From: an uncultured delta proteobacterium
GTDB taxonomy: Bacteria > Desulfobacterota > RBG-13-43-22
Direction: 5' to 3'
Length of the DNA stretch: 64,000 nucleotides
NCBI GenBank assembly: GCA_963802945.1
Contig: CAWDKY010000034.1
Location: forward strand, 32,001-96,000
This document shows positions 1 through 9,569 of this stretch, in pieces. How positions within the stretch are numbered: position 1 is the stretch's first letter; each line of letters opens with the position of its first letter. The position numbers were made by a program, and so were the translations under genes. The notes under the pieces were generated by a model. The model had not been told where the DNA came from. It searched no databases and was given only the letters and a program-made list of their open reading frames with translations.

Positions 1-283
1 CAATTTTAGACATAACCCGAGGCAGGCCGCCGGAATGATCCATTTCAGTATGATTGCTGATCATATAATCAATTTTCCGAGGATCGATGATCTGAGCGAT
101 ATTATCCAGCAATTGATCGGCGAATTCCTTTTTGACCGTATCGATCAAAGTGACTTTATCATCCAGGATCAAATAGGCGTTATAGGTCGAACCTGCAGGA
201 ATAGCATAGCCATGAAAATCCCTCACATTCCAATCGATCACACCTACCCAATAAATACCCTTGACTACTTCTACTGGTTTCAT
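1..283 (-). CDS. fprA: Flavodiiron protein (FprA/ROO, A-type flavoprotein), 5' part; runs off the window edge
   Basis: Not in the ORF track. Manual translation from ATG at 283: MKPVEVVKGIYWVGVIDWNVRDFHGY..GSTYNAYLILDDKVTLIDTV..YMISNHTEMDHSG, with the HxExDH diiron motif. Confidence 0.93.
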   Translation of the reverse strand, partial: MKPVEVVKGIYWVGVIDWNVRDFHGYAIPAGSTYNAYLILDDKVTLIDTVKKEFADQLLDNIAQIIDPRKIDYMISNHTEMDHSGGLPRVMSKI

Positions 284-336
284 GATTTTCACCTCTTCCT
301 AAAAAATATAAAAAATCTTCTTCATTCTTTTTTTTC

Positions 337-501
337 TAGTGTAGTGTTTCAATATTCCCTTTATAATGTCCCTTGTGCCGTCATTCCTGTCCCGCATCAA
401 GTGCGGGATAAACTCCAACAGGAATCCAGGTTGAAAATACTGGATGCCGGATCAAGTCCGGAATGACAACCTTGTAAAGCAAATACTGGTACAGTACACT
501 A
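337..501. repeat. REP-like palindromic doublet (380-467) inside an outer imperfect inverted repeat
   Basis: GTCATTCC...GGAATCCAG / CTGGATGCCGG..CCGGAATGAC. Outer arms are TAGTGTAGTGTTTCAATATT (337-356) and AATACTGGTACAGTACACTA (482-501). Confidence 0.75.
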
Positions 502-557
502 AATCCTCCGAACTCTTAGCTCCTACCTATCAACTTGAATTTCAAGTTCCTCAAATC

Positions 558-1676
558 TTATGTCACAACTAAAGAAGCCTTCGTTATCTCTTGCCCTTCC
601 CAAAGAGGCAGGGAAATTTTAACCAGGGTCCCTTTCCCTTCTTCACTATCCAACTCCAGAGTCCCTCCAGGATGTTCATCGATAATTTTTTTTGAAACAC
701 TGAGGCCCAGACCAGTGCCTCGCCGTTTGGTAGTAAAAAAAGGAGTAAACAACTTGTCCCGATCTTTTGTTGGTATCCCGGGGCCATTGTCAATAATGGA
801 AATTTCCACCTGGTTACCCTGGAGTTTGGCCTGAATAGTCAAATTACCACCTTTTTCCATGGCTTCCATGGCGTTTTTGACCAAATTCAAAAAAACCTGT
901 TTTAATTTACCCGGATCACCCTTAACCCAAAGGGGATTTTGGGGTGTCTTCAACCCCAGAGTGATCTTGGCCTTTTTGCAATCCTCTTTGGAAAGGGAAT
1001 AAATCTCCTTCATCAAGGTATTGATATCCACTTGCTCGAAAACTAATTTTTGAGGACGGTACACATCCTTGAGTTCCAGAATCAGTTTTTCCAACCGCTG
1101 GACCTCGTCGGCGATAATTTTCAACTTGGTCTGACTTTTCTCATCCTGGATGGTCCTGGAAAGCTGCCTGGCGAATCCTCCGATCATGATCAATGGATTT
1201 TTGATCTCATGGGTGATTTCGGCCACCAGTTGTCCCAGTGCGGCCAGGCGTTCGGATTGGGCCATCTTTTCCTGGAGGGCCTTGGTTTCCGTCAGATCTC
1301 TGATGATGCCGGTAAAATAAATTTTGCCCTCGATTTCCGAAAGGGAAAAGGAAATGGAGAGAGGAAACTTTTCCCCATTCTTCCGGGTAGTCAAAAATTC
1401 GGTTTGATGACCGATGAGTTTTGATTCACGGGTATTTAAAAACCGGGAAACCGCCTGTTTATGGCCTTTCTCACACTCCGGAGAGAGAATCAATCCCAGA
1501 TCTTTTCCGATGACCTCTTCTCGGGAATAACCAAAGATCTTTTCAGCGGCCTTATTGAAAATAATCACCCGATGATGTTCATCGATGGTGACAAATCCCT
1601 CGTTGGTGTTTTCTGTTGTCCCCTGAAGGATGATGGTTTCCCGATCGGAAGGGGGAAGGCCGCCTTTTTTCCGCAT
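558..1676 (-). CDS. PAS-domain sensor histidine kinase (FixL-like PAS + HisKA + HATPase)
   Basis: PAS (FNKAAEKIFGYSREEVIG), H-box HEIKNPL, N-box NLVKNAMEA, G-boxes DNGPG and GTGLGL; no TM segment. Confidence 0.9.
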   Translation of the reverse strand: MRKKGGLPPSDRETIILQGTTENTNEGFVTIDEHHRVIIFNKAAEKIFGYSREEVIGKDLGLILSPECEKGHKQAVSRFLNTRESKLIGHQTEFLTTRKNGEKFPLSISFSLSEIEGKIYFTGIIRDLTETKALQEKMAQSERLAALGQLVAEITHEIKNPLIMIGGFARQLSRTIQDEKSQTKLKIIADEVQRLEKLILELKDVYRPQKLVFEQVDINTLMKEIYSLSKEDCKKAKITLGLKTPQNPLWVKGDPGKLKQVFLNLVKNAMEAMEKGGNLTIQAKLQGNQVEISIIDNGPGIPTKDRDKLFTPFFTTKRRGTGLGLSVSKKIIDEHPGGTLELDSEEGKGTLVKISLPLWEGQEITKASLVVT

Positions 1677-1709
1677 AGAGATTCCGTTCGTTATTTTGAA
1701 ACGCGCCGG

Positions 1710-1868
1710 CTATTCTTGCTCAAACTTGTCCTTGGTGGCCCCGCAAACCGGGCAGGTCCAATCCTCCGGAAGGTCTTCAAATGGGGTTCCCGGTTTTACT
1801 CCATTATCCGGATCACCGTTAGCCGGGTCATAAACATATCCACAGATCGAGCAAACATACTTTTCCAT
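1710..1868 (-). CDS. rub: Rubredoxin (52 aa)
   Basis: Below the ORF-track cutoff. Manual translation: [52 protein letters not shown]. Confidence 0.97.
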   Translation of the reverse strand: MEKYVCSICGYVYDPANGDPDNGVKPGTPFEDLPEDWTCPVCGATKDKFEQE

Positions 1869-1894
1869 TTCTTGATTTTCCTCTCTGCTTTTGT

Positions 1895-2095
1895 TTAAGC
1901 CGTTACCGCATAACCGGCTTTTTTTACCTTATCTTTAATCAGGCTCAGGTCAACCGGTTTTGTTTCCTTAAAGGCGGCTTCGCCTTTTTCAAGATTAACG
2001 GCCACATCCTGAAGCCCGTCGATTTCTTTTAAGGCTTTGGTTACGGCCATGACGCAATGCTGACAGGACATCCCTTTTATCTTTACGGTGGTCAT
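1895..2095 (-). CDS. copZ: Heavy-metal-associated (HMA) copper chaperone, CopZ-like
   Basis: GMSCQHC motif; ATG at 2095 with an AGGAG SD upstream. Confidence 0.88.
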   Translation of the reverse strand: MTTVKIKGMSCQHCVMAVTKALKEIDGLQDVAVNLEKGEAAFKETKPVDLSLIKDKVKKAGYAVTA

Positions 2096-2298
2096 CGTAA
2101 TACTCCTTTCTACGAAAGTGGTCCAAGGTAAAAGGGAAGGAATCGGCATTGGGAATTACCTTGCACCTTATTATCTTATGCTGCCAATTAGGAAAGGCGA
2201 TTTTTAATAAAACTAATCACTATGAAATAAATTGTAAAGTGACGGCCAGCCGTTCTCTTAATTTTCTAAAAAAATGTAAGGGTTGGATTTCCAAAACA

Positions 2299-2631
2299 TC
2301 AATAGGGAAGCCTGGCCTGAGGCCGCCGTTCCGGAACATAAGGATGAGGCCCTTCGGTCTCGTTCCATGCTTTGGAGACATAGAGGTTACAAAAGCAACT
2401 TCCAAATTCTTTCACATCCTGGGTCCTGTAAGCACAGGGGCAGATAATGTCCTGGTCGAGCTTTCGGTCTCCGGTAGCTAGCCGGCAAGGACAGCACATA
2501 TAGCCATAACGATCTTTATTCAGTAAAAGCGCCTGGAGCAGGTCATTCACCCTTTCCCTGTCTTTATTAAAAAAATAGCCTTTGGGCTCCTGGGCCTTTT
2601 TTAACAGGTCATAGAGGTCTTTCTCGTTCAT
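2299..2631 (-). CDS. Ferredoxin:thioredoxin/glutaredoxin reductase catalytic subunit
   Basis: CCPC...CPC...CFC cysteine pattern of FTR catalytic subunits. Confidence 0.88.
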   Translation of the reverse strand: MNEKDLYDLLKKAQEPKGYFFNKDRERVNDLLQALLLNKDRYGYMCCPCRLATGDRKLDQDIICPCAYRTQDVKEFGSCFCNLYVSKAWNETEGPHPYVPERRPQARLPY

Positions 2632-2876
2632 AGGCCCAGGGCCTCCCTGATCTCTTTTTCTTTAAAGCCGACGATACACTTGCCACCAATGAGGATAGTC
2701 GGAAAGGAGCAGTCGGGATTATATTTTTTTACCTCTTCTATCATATCTGTCCGCTCCTGCCCTTGAAGCAGATCGACATCGATATAGTCATAGGCGACGC
2801 CCATGTTGTTCAGGAATTGTTTGGTGTTTTTGCAATGACTGCAGGTGCTCAAAGTGTATAGTTTGACCAGCGGCAT
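2628..2876 (-). CDS. Glutaredoxin/NrdH-like redoxin
   Basis: CSHC active site and SFPT cis-Pro motif; overlaps the FTR gene by 4 nt. Confidence 0.88.
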   Translation of the reverse strand: MPLVKLYTLSTCSHCKNTKQFLNNMGVAYDYIDVDLLQGQERTDMIEEVKKYNPDCSFPTILIGGKCIVGFKEKEIREALGL

Positions 2877-3000
2877 AAATCCTCCTTTTATAGTTCTTAC
2901 AGAATGAAATAATTATAGCAAGATCCAGAATATAAATGCAAATTCTTTCTTAGAAGTCATGATTTTAATATCTTAACAAATATGATAAAATGAAAAAACA

Positions 3001-4695
3001 ATGGATCTATTGACGATGAATAATGTCTATTATCTAAATCTGGGTCTAGTCCCCTACGAACAGGCCTGGGACATGCAAAGACAACTGGTCGCCCTAAAAA
3101 AGGAAAGGGAAGTTTCGGATTTTTTTATTCTTTTAGAACATCCTCCGGTATACACCCTGGGCAAATGGGGGAAAAAAGAGAATCTGCGCGTGTCCCCGGA
3201 TTTTTTGGAGCAGGAGGGGATCTCCTTGATACGTTGTGAGCGGGGAGGAGATATTACTTACCATGGGCCTGGACAATTGGTCGGCTATCCTCTCCTCAAT
3301 TTGAAAAAATATAGACTGGGGGTAAAGAACTATGTAAATTTTCTTGAGGAGGTTCTGGTTAGAACCCTGTCGGATTGGGAGGTTGTGGCTTCCCGGAGGA
3401 AGGGTTTGCCCGGGATATGGGTGGGCGAAAAAAAAATAGCTTCTATCGGAATTGCCGTCCAAAAGGGGATTGCCTTCCATGGTTTTGCCCTAAATTATGC
3501 CCATAAAAGGGATCATTTCGAACGGATTAATCCTTGCGGCCTGGAGGGTGTGAAGATGACTTCCCTTCTGGAAATAAAAAGGCTGCCTATAGACTCAGAG
3601 CAGGTTAGAGAGCGAGTGGTTTTCCATTTTGAAAAAATTTTTGATATTCAATTGAAATGGATAACCATGGAAGAAGTGAGAAGGATACGGGATACGGGAT
3701 ACTGGATACTGGATAAAAAGGCAGAATCCCAACCCCCAAATCCGATGGCTAAAATCCAGCAGTCCACCGTCCGCTATCCGCCATCCGCCATTGAGCGTTT
3801 ACAAACTTCGAAGGGCGAACAGCAAATACTTCCTAAACCACAATGGCTTAAGAAAAAAATTTCTTCAAGTGCCCACAGGGTCCAAGTTGAAAGCCTTATC
3901 CGGAAAGGCGATCTGCATACTGTCTGCCAAGAGGCCTGTTGTCCTAATCAAGCGGAATGTTTCAATCAAGGAACTGCCACTTTTTTACTGATGGGAAGTT
4001 GTTGTACTCGAAACTGCCATTTTTGTGCCGTTACCAAGGGCAGCCCGGAGCCTTTGAATCCAGAGGAACCCTTTCGGGTTGCTCAGGCTATCAAAGCCAT
4101 GGGTATTTCTTATGCCGTATTGACCTCAGTAACCCGCGATGATCTGCCCGATAGAGGATCCGGGCATTTTGTCAGGACGGTCAGGGCCATTCGTGACCAT
4201 TCCCCGGAAACGAAAATAGAATGTCTTATACCGGACTTTAAAGGCTCTGAATCAGCCTTGATCCAGGTGGCGGAAGCTGCTCCCTGTGTAATGAATCACA
4301 ATATTGAAACCATAAATCGGCTCTATCCATCGGTACGTCCCGGTGCGGGTTTTAGCCGTTCGCTGACTATTTTTGAATTTTTAAATAAAAATTATCCAAG
4401 AGTATTGACCAAATCTGGATTTATGGTAGGATTAGGGGAATCGAAACTTGAAGTCAGGGCCTTGCTTCTCAATCTTTTAGAGCATGGGTGTAGGATGGTT
4501 ACCATCGGCCAGTACCTCCAGCCTTCGTCTGCTCATTATCCGGTGAAGCGCTATGTTACGCCGGAGGAATTTAAACAATGGGAGGAAGAGGCCTTAACCA
4601 TGGGATTTGCAGCCGTGGCCGCGGGCCCGTTTGTTCGCAGTTCTTTTAATGCTCAAGGGTTGTATCAGCAGGCATTATTACAATTGACACCATAA
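3001..4695 (+). CDS. lipB-lipA: Fused octanoyltransferase-lipoyl synthase (LipB-LipA)
   Basis: N-half has EHPPVYTLG, RGGDITYHGPGQ, KIASIG, PCG. C-half has CQEACCPNQAEC, CTRNCHFC, RSSF. Confidence 0.93.
   Translation: MDLLTMNNVYYLNLGLVPYEQAWDMQRQLVALKKEREVSDFFILLEHPPVYTLGKWGKKENLRVSPDFLEQEGISLIRCERGGDITYHGPGQLVGYPLLNLKKYRLGVKNYVNFLEEVLVRTLSDWEVVASRRKGLPGIWVGEKKIASIGIAVQKGIAFHGFALNYAHKRDHFERINPCGLEGVKMTSLLEIKRLPIDSEQVRERVVFHFEKIFDIQLKWITMEEVRRIRDTGYWILDKKAESQPPNPMAKIQQSTVRYPPSAIERLQTSKGEQQILPKPQWLKKKISSSAHRVQVESLIRKGDLHTVCQEACCPNQAECFNQGTATFLLMGSCCTRNCHFCAVTKGSPEPLNPEEPFRVAQAIKAMGISYAVLTSVTRDDLPDRGSGHFVRTVRAIRDHSPETKIECLIPDFKGSESALIQVAEAAPCVMNHNIETINRLYPSVRPGAGFSRSLTIFEFLNKNYPRVLTKSGFMVGLGESKLEVRALLLNLLEHGCRMVTIGQYLQPSSAHYPVKRYVTPEEFKQWEEEALTMGFAAVAAGPFVRSSFNAQGLYQQALLQLTP
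3682..3793. repeat. Inverted heptamer-array element forming the LipB-LipA linker
   Basis: Five NGGATAC units at 3682-3716, then degenerate complementary ATCCGCC/ATCCAGC units at about 3753-3793. Confidence 0.65.
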
Positions 4696-4717
4696 TATTC
4701 ATTCGAGGTGATATTTC

Positions 4718-5092
4718 ATGACCAAAGCAAAATTCCATCCGGAACATGCCTGGGTATCGGTAAACGGCCACCACGGGACCATCGGTATTTCGGACTATGC
4801 CCAACAACAATTGGGAGAAATCATCTATGTGGACCTGCCGGAAATCGATACCGAAATCCAGGCGGGTGAACCTTTATGCGCCTTGGAATCCAGCAAAGTG
4901 GCCAGCGATGTTATTGCCCCGGTGAGCGGGACGGTCATAGAAACCAACGGGTCTTTGGATGAAGAACCCCAACGGATCAATGCTTCCCCCTATGAAGAGG
5001 GCTGGCTGGTTAAGGTCATATTAAAGAACCCTTCGGAACTGGATGAATTAATGGACAAGGCTGCTTATATGGAGTATATTACCTCCAAATGA
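4718..5092 (+). CDS. gcvH: Glycine cleavage system H protein (lipoyl carrier)
   Basis: HAWV..GISDYAQQQLG, lipoyl-Lys in LESSKVASD, INASPYEEGW. Confidence 0.93.
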   Translation: MTKAKFHPEHAWVSVNGHHGTIGISDYAQQQLGEIIYVDLPEIDTEIQAGEPLCALESSKVASDVIAPVSGTVIETNGSLDEEPQRINASPYEEGWLVKVILKNPSELDELMDKAAYMEYITSK

Positions 5093-5228
5093 GCACTATT
5101 TTTTAAAACAAAACCTTTTGCCTCTTTAGGGCGCCACGAAACATGAAAATAATTTTAGAATTCAAGGGGGTTAACTTCCACGCTTTTCCAGTGACCCCTT
5201 GAATCCTATTTTTAAGAGAGGAAAAAGT

Positions 5229-5720
5229 ATGGCTCCACAAAAAAGAAAAGACAAGCCCTTGGTTTTGCTGAAAAGCCTTGGTCTGGTTATTCTCTGTTTG
5301 TCTTTTGGGGGTATTCTCTCTTGTGATTGGGGTTCCGGTACCCACAGCACCACCAGCTCCGGCTCAGGAACGGGCACGGGTTGGACGATTACGATTCAAG
5401 TTGGCACAAACCCGCTTCCCTTTACGGGTAGCCCTGGCCAAGGTACCAGTACCACTACGGTTATGGCGCTCGTCAAGGATAAGACAGGGGCGCCCGCCCC
5501 GAAAGGCACTAATATCTGTTTCACGGCAATCCTAAATGGTTTCTTGACAGCAGGTGCTACAACAGGTTCTACAACATTAATTAAAAGTTTATGTGAAACC
5601 ACCACCAACGACCTTGGACAATCTATCCAAACCTATGGTGCTCAACTGACAACAGGGAATGATACCGTGGAAGTTTCTTCCCAAGGTGTAATTGCAAAAG
5701 TTACGATCAATGTAATTTAA
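5229..5720 (+). CDS. Putative lipoprotein with a bacterial Ig-like (Big_1-like) domain
   Basis: Basic N-terminus, hydrophobic core and ILSC lipobox; Thr/Gly-rich; VKDKTGAP..ICFT..TTTNDLGQ pattern. Start could also be 5199. Confidence 0.6.
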   Translation: MAPQKRKDKPLVLLKSLGLVILCLSFGGILSCDWGSGTHSTTSSGSGTGTGWTITIQVGTNPLPFTGSPGQGTSTTTVMALVKDKTGAPAPKGTNICFTAILNGFLTAGATTGSTTLIKSLCETTTNDLGQSIQTYGAQLTTGNDTVEVSSQGVIAKVTINVI

Positions 5721-5749
5721 ACAACTGGTGGTGCGTGCCTTAAGCACGC

Positions 5750-7540
5750 CTATGAGGTAACATGTCTGGCTAAAGCTTTGTCGAAGGTGATTAAAAACTG
5801 ACTTGCCTTTTGCATTCCGATAACCCGGGTTCCCGGGATCTCCTGTCCCTTTTGATCAAAAAATAAAACCGCCGGCGGACCGAAAAGTCCGAACCTTTTT
5901 AAAAGGGCATTAGTTTCCTCATTGGTCGAGGTCACATCAGCCTTCAGGAGCTTCACCCCCTTAAGCTTTTCTTTGACCCGGGAGTCTCTAAAGGTCAAAA
6001 TCTCCATCTCTTTACAGGATACACACCAATCGGCATAAACGTAGAGCATCACCGGTTGGCCATGGGCATCTTTCAAATATGAGTCAACCAGATTAAGGCT
6101 GGTCAGGCGCTGAAAAGCAAGGGATGAGGTCAAGGGGGGAGAGATAACGGGATAAATGATCCAAAAGGCGACGGCCAAAAGAAGTATCCCGAAAAATACT
6201 TTGACCCATTTCATCCAGGCCCCGGCTTTCGGTATTAAGATCCCGGCTGAGGTACCAATAATCAATAAAGGGACGCCCATGCCCAAGGACAGGGCAAACA
6301 AGGCCAAACCACCCAGCCAGACGTCGTTTGTCCGGCTGATGTAAAGTAAGGCCCCGGCCAGAGGAGCGGTGACACAAGGGCTAACAATAATGGCCGAAAG
6401 TAGCCCCATGAAAAAGACTCCCACGAAGGTACCGGCTTTGAACCTGTTTCCGACGACGGTCAATTTTGTCTGGATGGAAACGGGGATCTGCAATTCATAA
6501 AGCCCAAACATGGAAAGGGCCAGGGCCACAAAGATCAGGGCAAAGGCAATCAGCACCCAAATATTTTGCAGCGCATGGGAAAATAACCAGCCTGAGTATC
6601 CGGCCGCCACACCGGCTGCTGTATAGGTCAAGGCCATGCCCAGCACATAGGTCAATGAAAGGGCAAAGGCTCGTTTTTTTCTCATATCCTTCCCTTGGGC
6701 AATAATGATACCCGAAATAATGGGGATCATGGGTAAAACGCAGGGCGTAAAAGAAAGCAGCAGACCAAATCCAAAGAAGCTTAAAATGATCCAGAAATAG
6801 TTATTGCTTTTCAAAAGCCCGAAGATCACACCCTCACTCTCCCCAATCGAGAGGCTGTTTTGTAATTCGTCATCCCGGCCAAGTCCGCTTGGCGGACGCG
6901 AGCCGGGATCCAGAGGCTTTTTTATTTCATTAATATTTCCTGGATTCCGGATCTCGTCCACCTTCGGTGGACTCCTCCGGAATGCCGGTTTGGCAAATTG
7001 TGACAAAGTCTCCGGGGAGGAAGGGATTGAAGAGAGGAAGAAGGGATTCAAATAGACTTTTTGGGTCTTGGGCGGATAACATAAGCCGGCGTCGGAACAA
7101 CCTTGATAGGTGATACTAAGGATTATTTGTTCGGTTCTTGGACTCAAAGAGGTTATTGGTATTATAATAACTACTTCCTTGCGGAAGATTTCCTCTCGGC
7201 CGAAGTATTTATCTTCTTTAATCTGGCCGAGTGGAAATTGAGGAGGGCCCAGTTTTACCAGTCTTGGTTCAACGGTAAATTTGAACTTATCTCGATACAG
7301 GTAATACCCTCGGGCAATCTGAAAGCGGATTTCAATCTGGTCGGCCTTGGGCAGGCGGGCTTGAAATGAAAAGGCCTGTTCGGGTTTGAGGGGCTGACCA
7401 TATATAGTCTGAAACGGAGAAAGGATTACCAGGAAAATTAGAAAAACATAAAGCAGAGTAGTACGACAAGAAAGTTTTTCATTGAGCTTTGAACTTTGAG
7501 CCCTTAACCTTGAGCCCAGAGCTTTACACCTTGAATCCAT
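5750..7540 (-). CDS. dsbD: Thiol:disulfide interchange protein DsbD
   Basis: N-domain GYYLYR and QGCSDAGLCYPP; TM domain FTPCVLPMIPI and SPCVTAP; thioredoxin WCVSC. Start set at ATG 7540 because the longer ORF overlaps the upstream gene. Confidence 0.93.
   Translation of the reverse strand: MDSRCKALGSRLRAQSSKLNEKLSCRTTLLYVFLIFLVILSPFQTIYGQPLKPEQAFSFQARLPKADQIEIRFQIARGYYLYRDKFKFTVEPRLVKLGPPQFPLGQIKEDKYFGREEIFRKEVVIIIPITSLSPRTEQIILSITYQGCSDAGLCYPPKTQKVYLNPFFLSSIPSSPETLSQFAKPAFRRSPPKVDEIRNPGNINEIKKPLDPGSRPPSGLGRDDELQNSLSIGESEGVIFGLLKSNNYFWIILSFFGFGLLLSFTPCVLPMIPIISGIIIAQGKDMRKKRAFALSLTYVLGMALTYTAAGVAAGYSGWLFSHALQNIWVLIAFALIFVALALSMFGLYELQIPVSIQTKLTVVGNRFKAGTFVGVFFMGLLSAIIVSPCVTAPLAGALLYISRTNDVWLGGLALFALSLGMGVPLLIIGTSAGILIPKAGAWMKWVKVFFGILLLAVAFWIIYPVISPPLTSSLAFQRLTSLNLVDSYLKDAHGQPVMLYVYADWCVSCKEMEILTFRDSRVKEKLKGVKLLKADVTSTNEETNALLKRFGLFGPPAVLFFDQKGQEIPGTRVIGMQKASQFLITFDKALARHVTS
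7482..7537. repeat. Heptamer tandem array (8 degenerate units) in the 5' end of dsbD
   Basis: ttgagct ttgaact ttgagcc cttaacc ttgagcc cagagct ttacacc ttgaatc. Confidence 0.7.
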
Positions 7541-7545
7541 TCCCC

Positions 7546-7968
7546 TTATGGATGAACGTAAATACTGACGTAGGCCCAAGCACCCTGATAAGAAGCGGTG
7601 ACCTGATCCACTCCGGTGGTGGTGGTGCTGGCTGCCGGGGCGGTGTAGGTGGCTGTACAATTCCCGAGGTTTATTGTTGGACTGGCTACTGTAATTGTTG
7701 CCCCCAACGAGGAGGTAAAAGAAACCCCCTTGGTGGAATCATTGACGGGATTTCCCTGGGCATCTTTCACTGAGGCGATCAGGGTGGTTGACCCTCCTGG
7801 GGGGAGAAGGCTGTTGGTGGTACAGAGATTAATCGAATAGCCCCCACCACTTCCCCAGCCGCTGCAGGAGCTAGAGTTACCTCCACCTACTGAGGAGGTG
7901 TTGGAACATCCGGCGATCCCCAAAACAAACAGCATCAGACAACAAAGAAATATTTTAGTATAAGTCAT
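7546..7968 (-). CDS. Putative lipoprotein with a bacterial Ig-like (Big_1-like) domain
   Basis: IAGC lipobox; TTLIASVKDAQGNPV..GVSFT..TATYTAP; resembles 5229..5720. Confidence 0.65.
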   Translation of the reverse strand: MTYTKIFLCCLMLFVLGIAGCSNTSSVGGGNSSSCSGWGSGGGYSINLCTTNSLLPPGGSTTLIASVKDAQGNPVNDSTKGVSFTSSLGATITVASPTINLGNCTATYTAPAASTTTTGVDQVTASYQGAWAYVSIYVHP

Positions 7969-8249
7969 TCTCTGTTCCTTTATAAAATAAGATATGTAGC
8001 CTTTAGTTTTTTATAATATTATCTCTTATTAAACTTTTTGTCAAGTTAATTTAGAGAGATAAGATAAAAAAATTTGTCTTTCCCTGTCTATCAAAACCCA
8101 TGGTTCTCGATTCGATGTGAAATATCAATGCCTATCTTATTATTGGAAATATTCCATTATCCTTCTTTTAAACTTGACTCCTTCCCTTAAAAAATACTAT
8201 AAATAATCAAAGTTAACTTATCTAATCTACTTGAAAATAATTATTTTTT

Positions 8250-9569
8250 ATGCCCTTAGGCCTTATCCTCTATAATATACTTTCCGGGATTCTTTTTTTA
8301 ATCGTGTTTCCTTTCTTGATCTTGTATACTCTGGCCCAAGGAAAGTTCAGCAATAATTTGGCCGAGAGGTTAGGGCGATATCCTCGCCATCTCCGGCCGG
8401 ATGAACCCTTGCCTGGTGCCGGGCCGGTCTGGATTCATGCTGTTTCAGTGGGTGAGATCAAGGCCGCCATTGCCCTGTGCCGGAGGATCAAAGAGCAACT
8501 CCCCGAGGTTCCCATCCTTGTTTCAACGACAACGCCGGCAGGAAGGGAAACAGCCGAAAGGCTCTTGGGGAAGGAAATACCCGTTATTTATTTTCCTCTG
8601 GATTTTTACCTTTGTGTAAAAAGGGCAATGAACTTCTTTCACCCAAGGGCCTTTGTGGCCTTGGAAACCGAATTGTGGCCCAACTTTCTTTTTCGGGCCA
8701 ATAAATCAGGAAGTAAATTGATCCTGGCCAACGGACGGATCTCCAGCCGCTCTTTTAAGAGGTACGCAAGATTTCCCCGGTCCATGCGGCATTTTCTTGA
8801 AAAATTCAGGGTATTGATGGTCAGGGATCCTGAAGATGCCAGGTATTTGATCTCGCTGGGGGCTGTGCCTGAGCGGGTCCGGGTTTTGGGAAACATTAAA
8901 TACGATGGTCTGGTGGATCAGGCTAAAGAGGACTTGCATTTAAAAATGCAGCAAAGGCTTCATCTCCCGGAAGCAAAACCCGTTATCGTAGCCGGAAGTA
9001 CCCGCGGAGGAGAGGAAGCGGTTCTCATTAAGGTCTATCTCAGTTTAAAAGCTTCTTTCCCGGACCTGGTTTTAGTTCTGGTCCCTCGCCATATCGATCG
9101 ATGTGCGGAGATAGAAACCTTGTTACAACGGCAGGGGATTTCTTTTCAGTTGTATAGCCGGATCCTTTCATTGGAGGAGCAGAGGGAAAGTAACGTTATC
9201 CTCATAGATCGCGTCGGAGATCTTTTTGGCCTTTACAGCCTGGCAACCATTGTGTTTTGCGGGGCCAGTCTGATCCCAAAGGGAGGCCAGAATATTTTAG
9301 AGCCGGCTGCCTGGGGGAAACTGGTTTTCTATGGACCTTACATGGAAGATTTCAAAGATGCCCGTCGGCTTTTGGAAGATGCCGGGGCCGGGATTATGGT
9401 TCGCGGTCAGATTGACTTAGCAAAACAAATGGCCTATTTTTTAGAACACCCGGAAGAACGGGAAAGACGGGGGAATGCCGGCCGTGAAGCCTTAAAATCG
9501 CAGACAGGACTGACGAAAAAAGCGGCCGAGATCATTGCTGAAATAATTCAATCGAAGGTTCAAGGTTAG
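8250..9569 (+). CDS. waaA: 3-deoxy-D-manno-octulosonic acid (Kdo) transferase
   Basis: WIHAVSVGE, ETELWPN, GNIKYD, AGST, VPRH, GGQNILEPA. Confidence 0.95.
   Translation: MPLGLILYNILSGILFLIVFPFLILYTLAQGKFSNNLAERLGRYPRHLRPDEPLPGAGPVWIHAVSVGEIKAAIALCRRIKEQLPEVPILVSTTTPAGRETAERLLGKEIPVIYFPLDFYLCVKRAMNFFHPRAFVALETELWPNFLFRANKSGSKLILANGRISSRSFKRYARFPRSMRHFLEKFRVLMVRDPEDARYLISLGAVPERVRVLGNIKYDGLVDQAKEDLHLKMQQRLHLPEAKPVIVAGSTRGGEEAVLIKVYLSLKASFPDLVLVLVPRHIDRCAEIETLLQRQGISFQLYSRILSLEEQRESNVILIDRVGDLFGLYSLATIVFCGASLIPKGGQNILEPAAWGKLVFYGPYMEDFKDARRLLEDAGAGIMVRGQIDLAKQMAYFLEHPEERERRGNAGREALKSQTGLTKKAAEIIAEIIQSKVQG

Noticed and set aside
35-466. 143-aa plus-strand ORF
   Set aside because: Antisense shadow of the flavodiiron gene running into a REP-like repeat.
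7541-7660. His-rich N-terminal extension of the DsbD ORF
   Set aside because: It is an alternative frame of the upstream lipoprotein gene.
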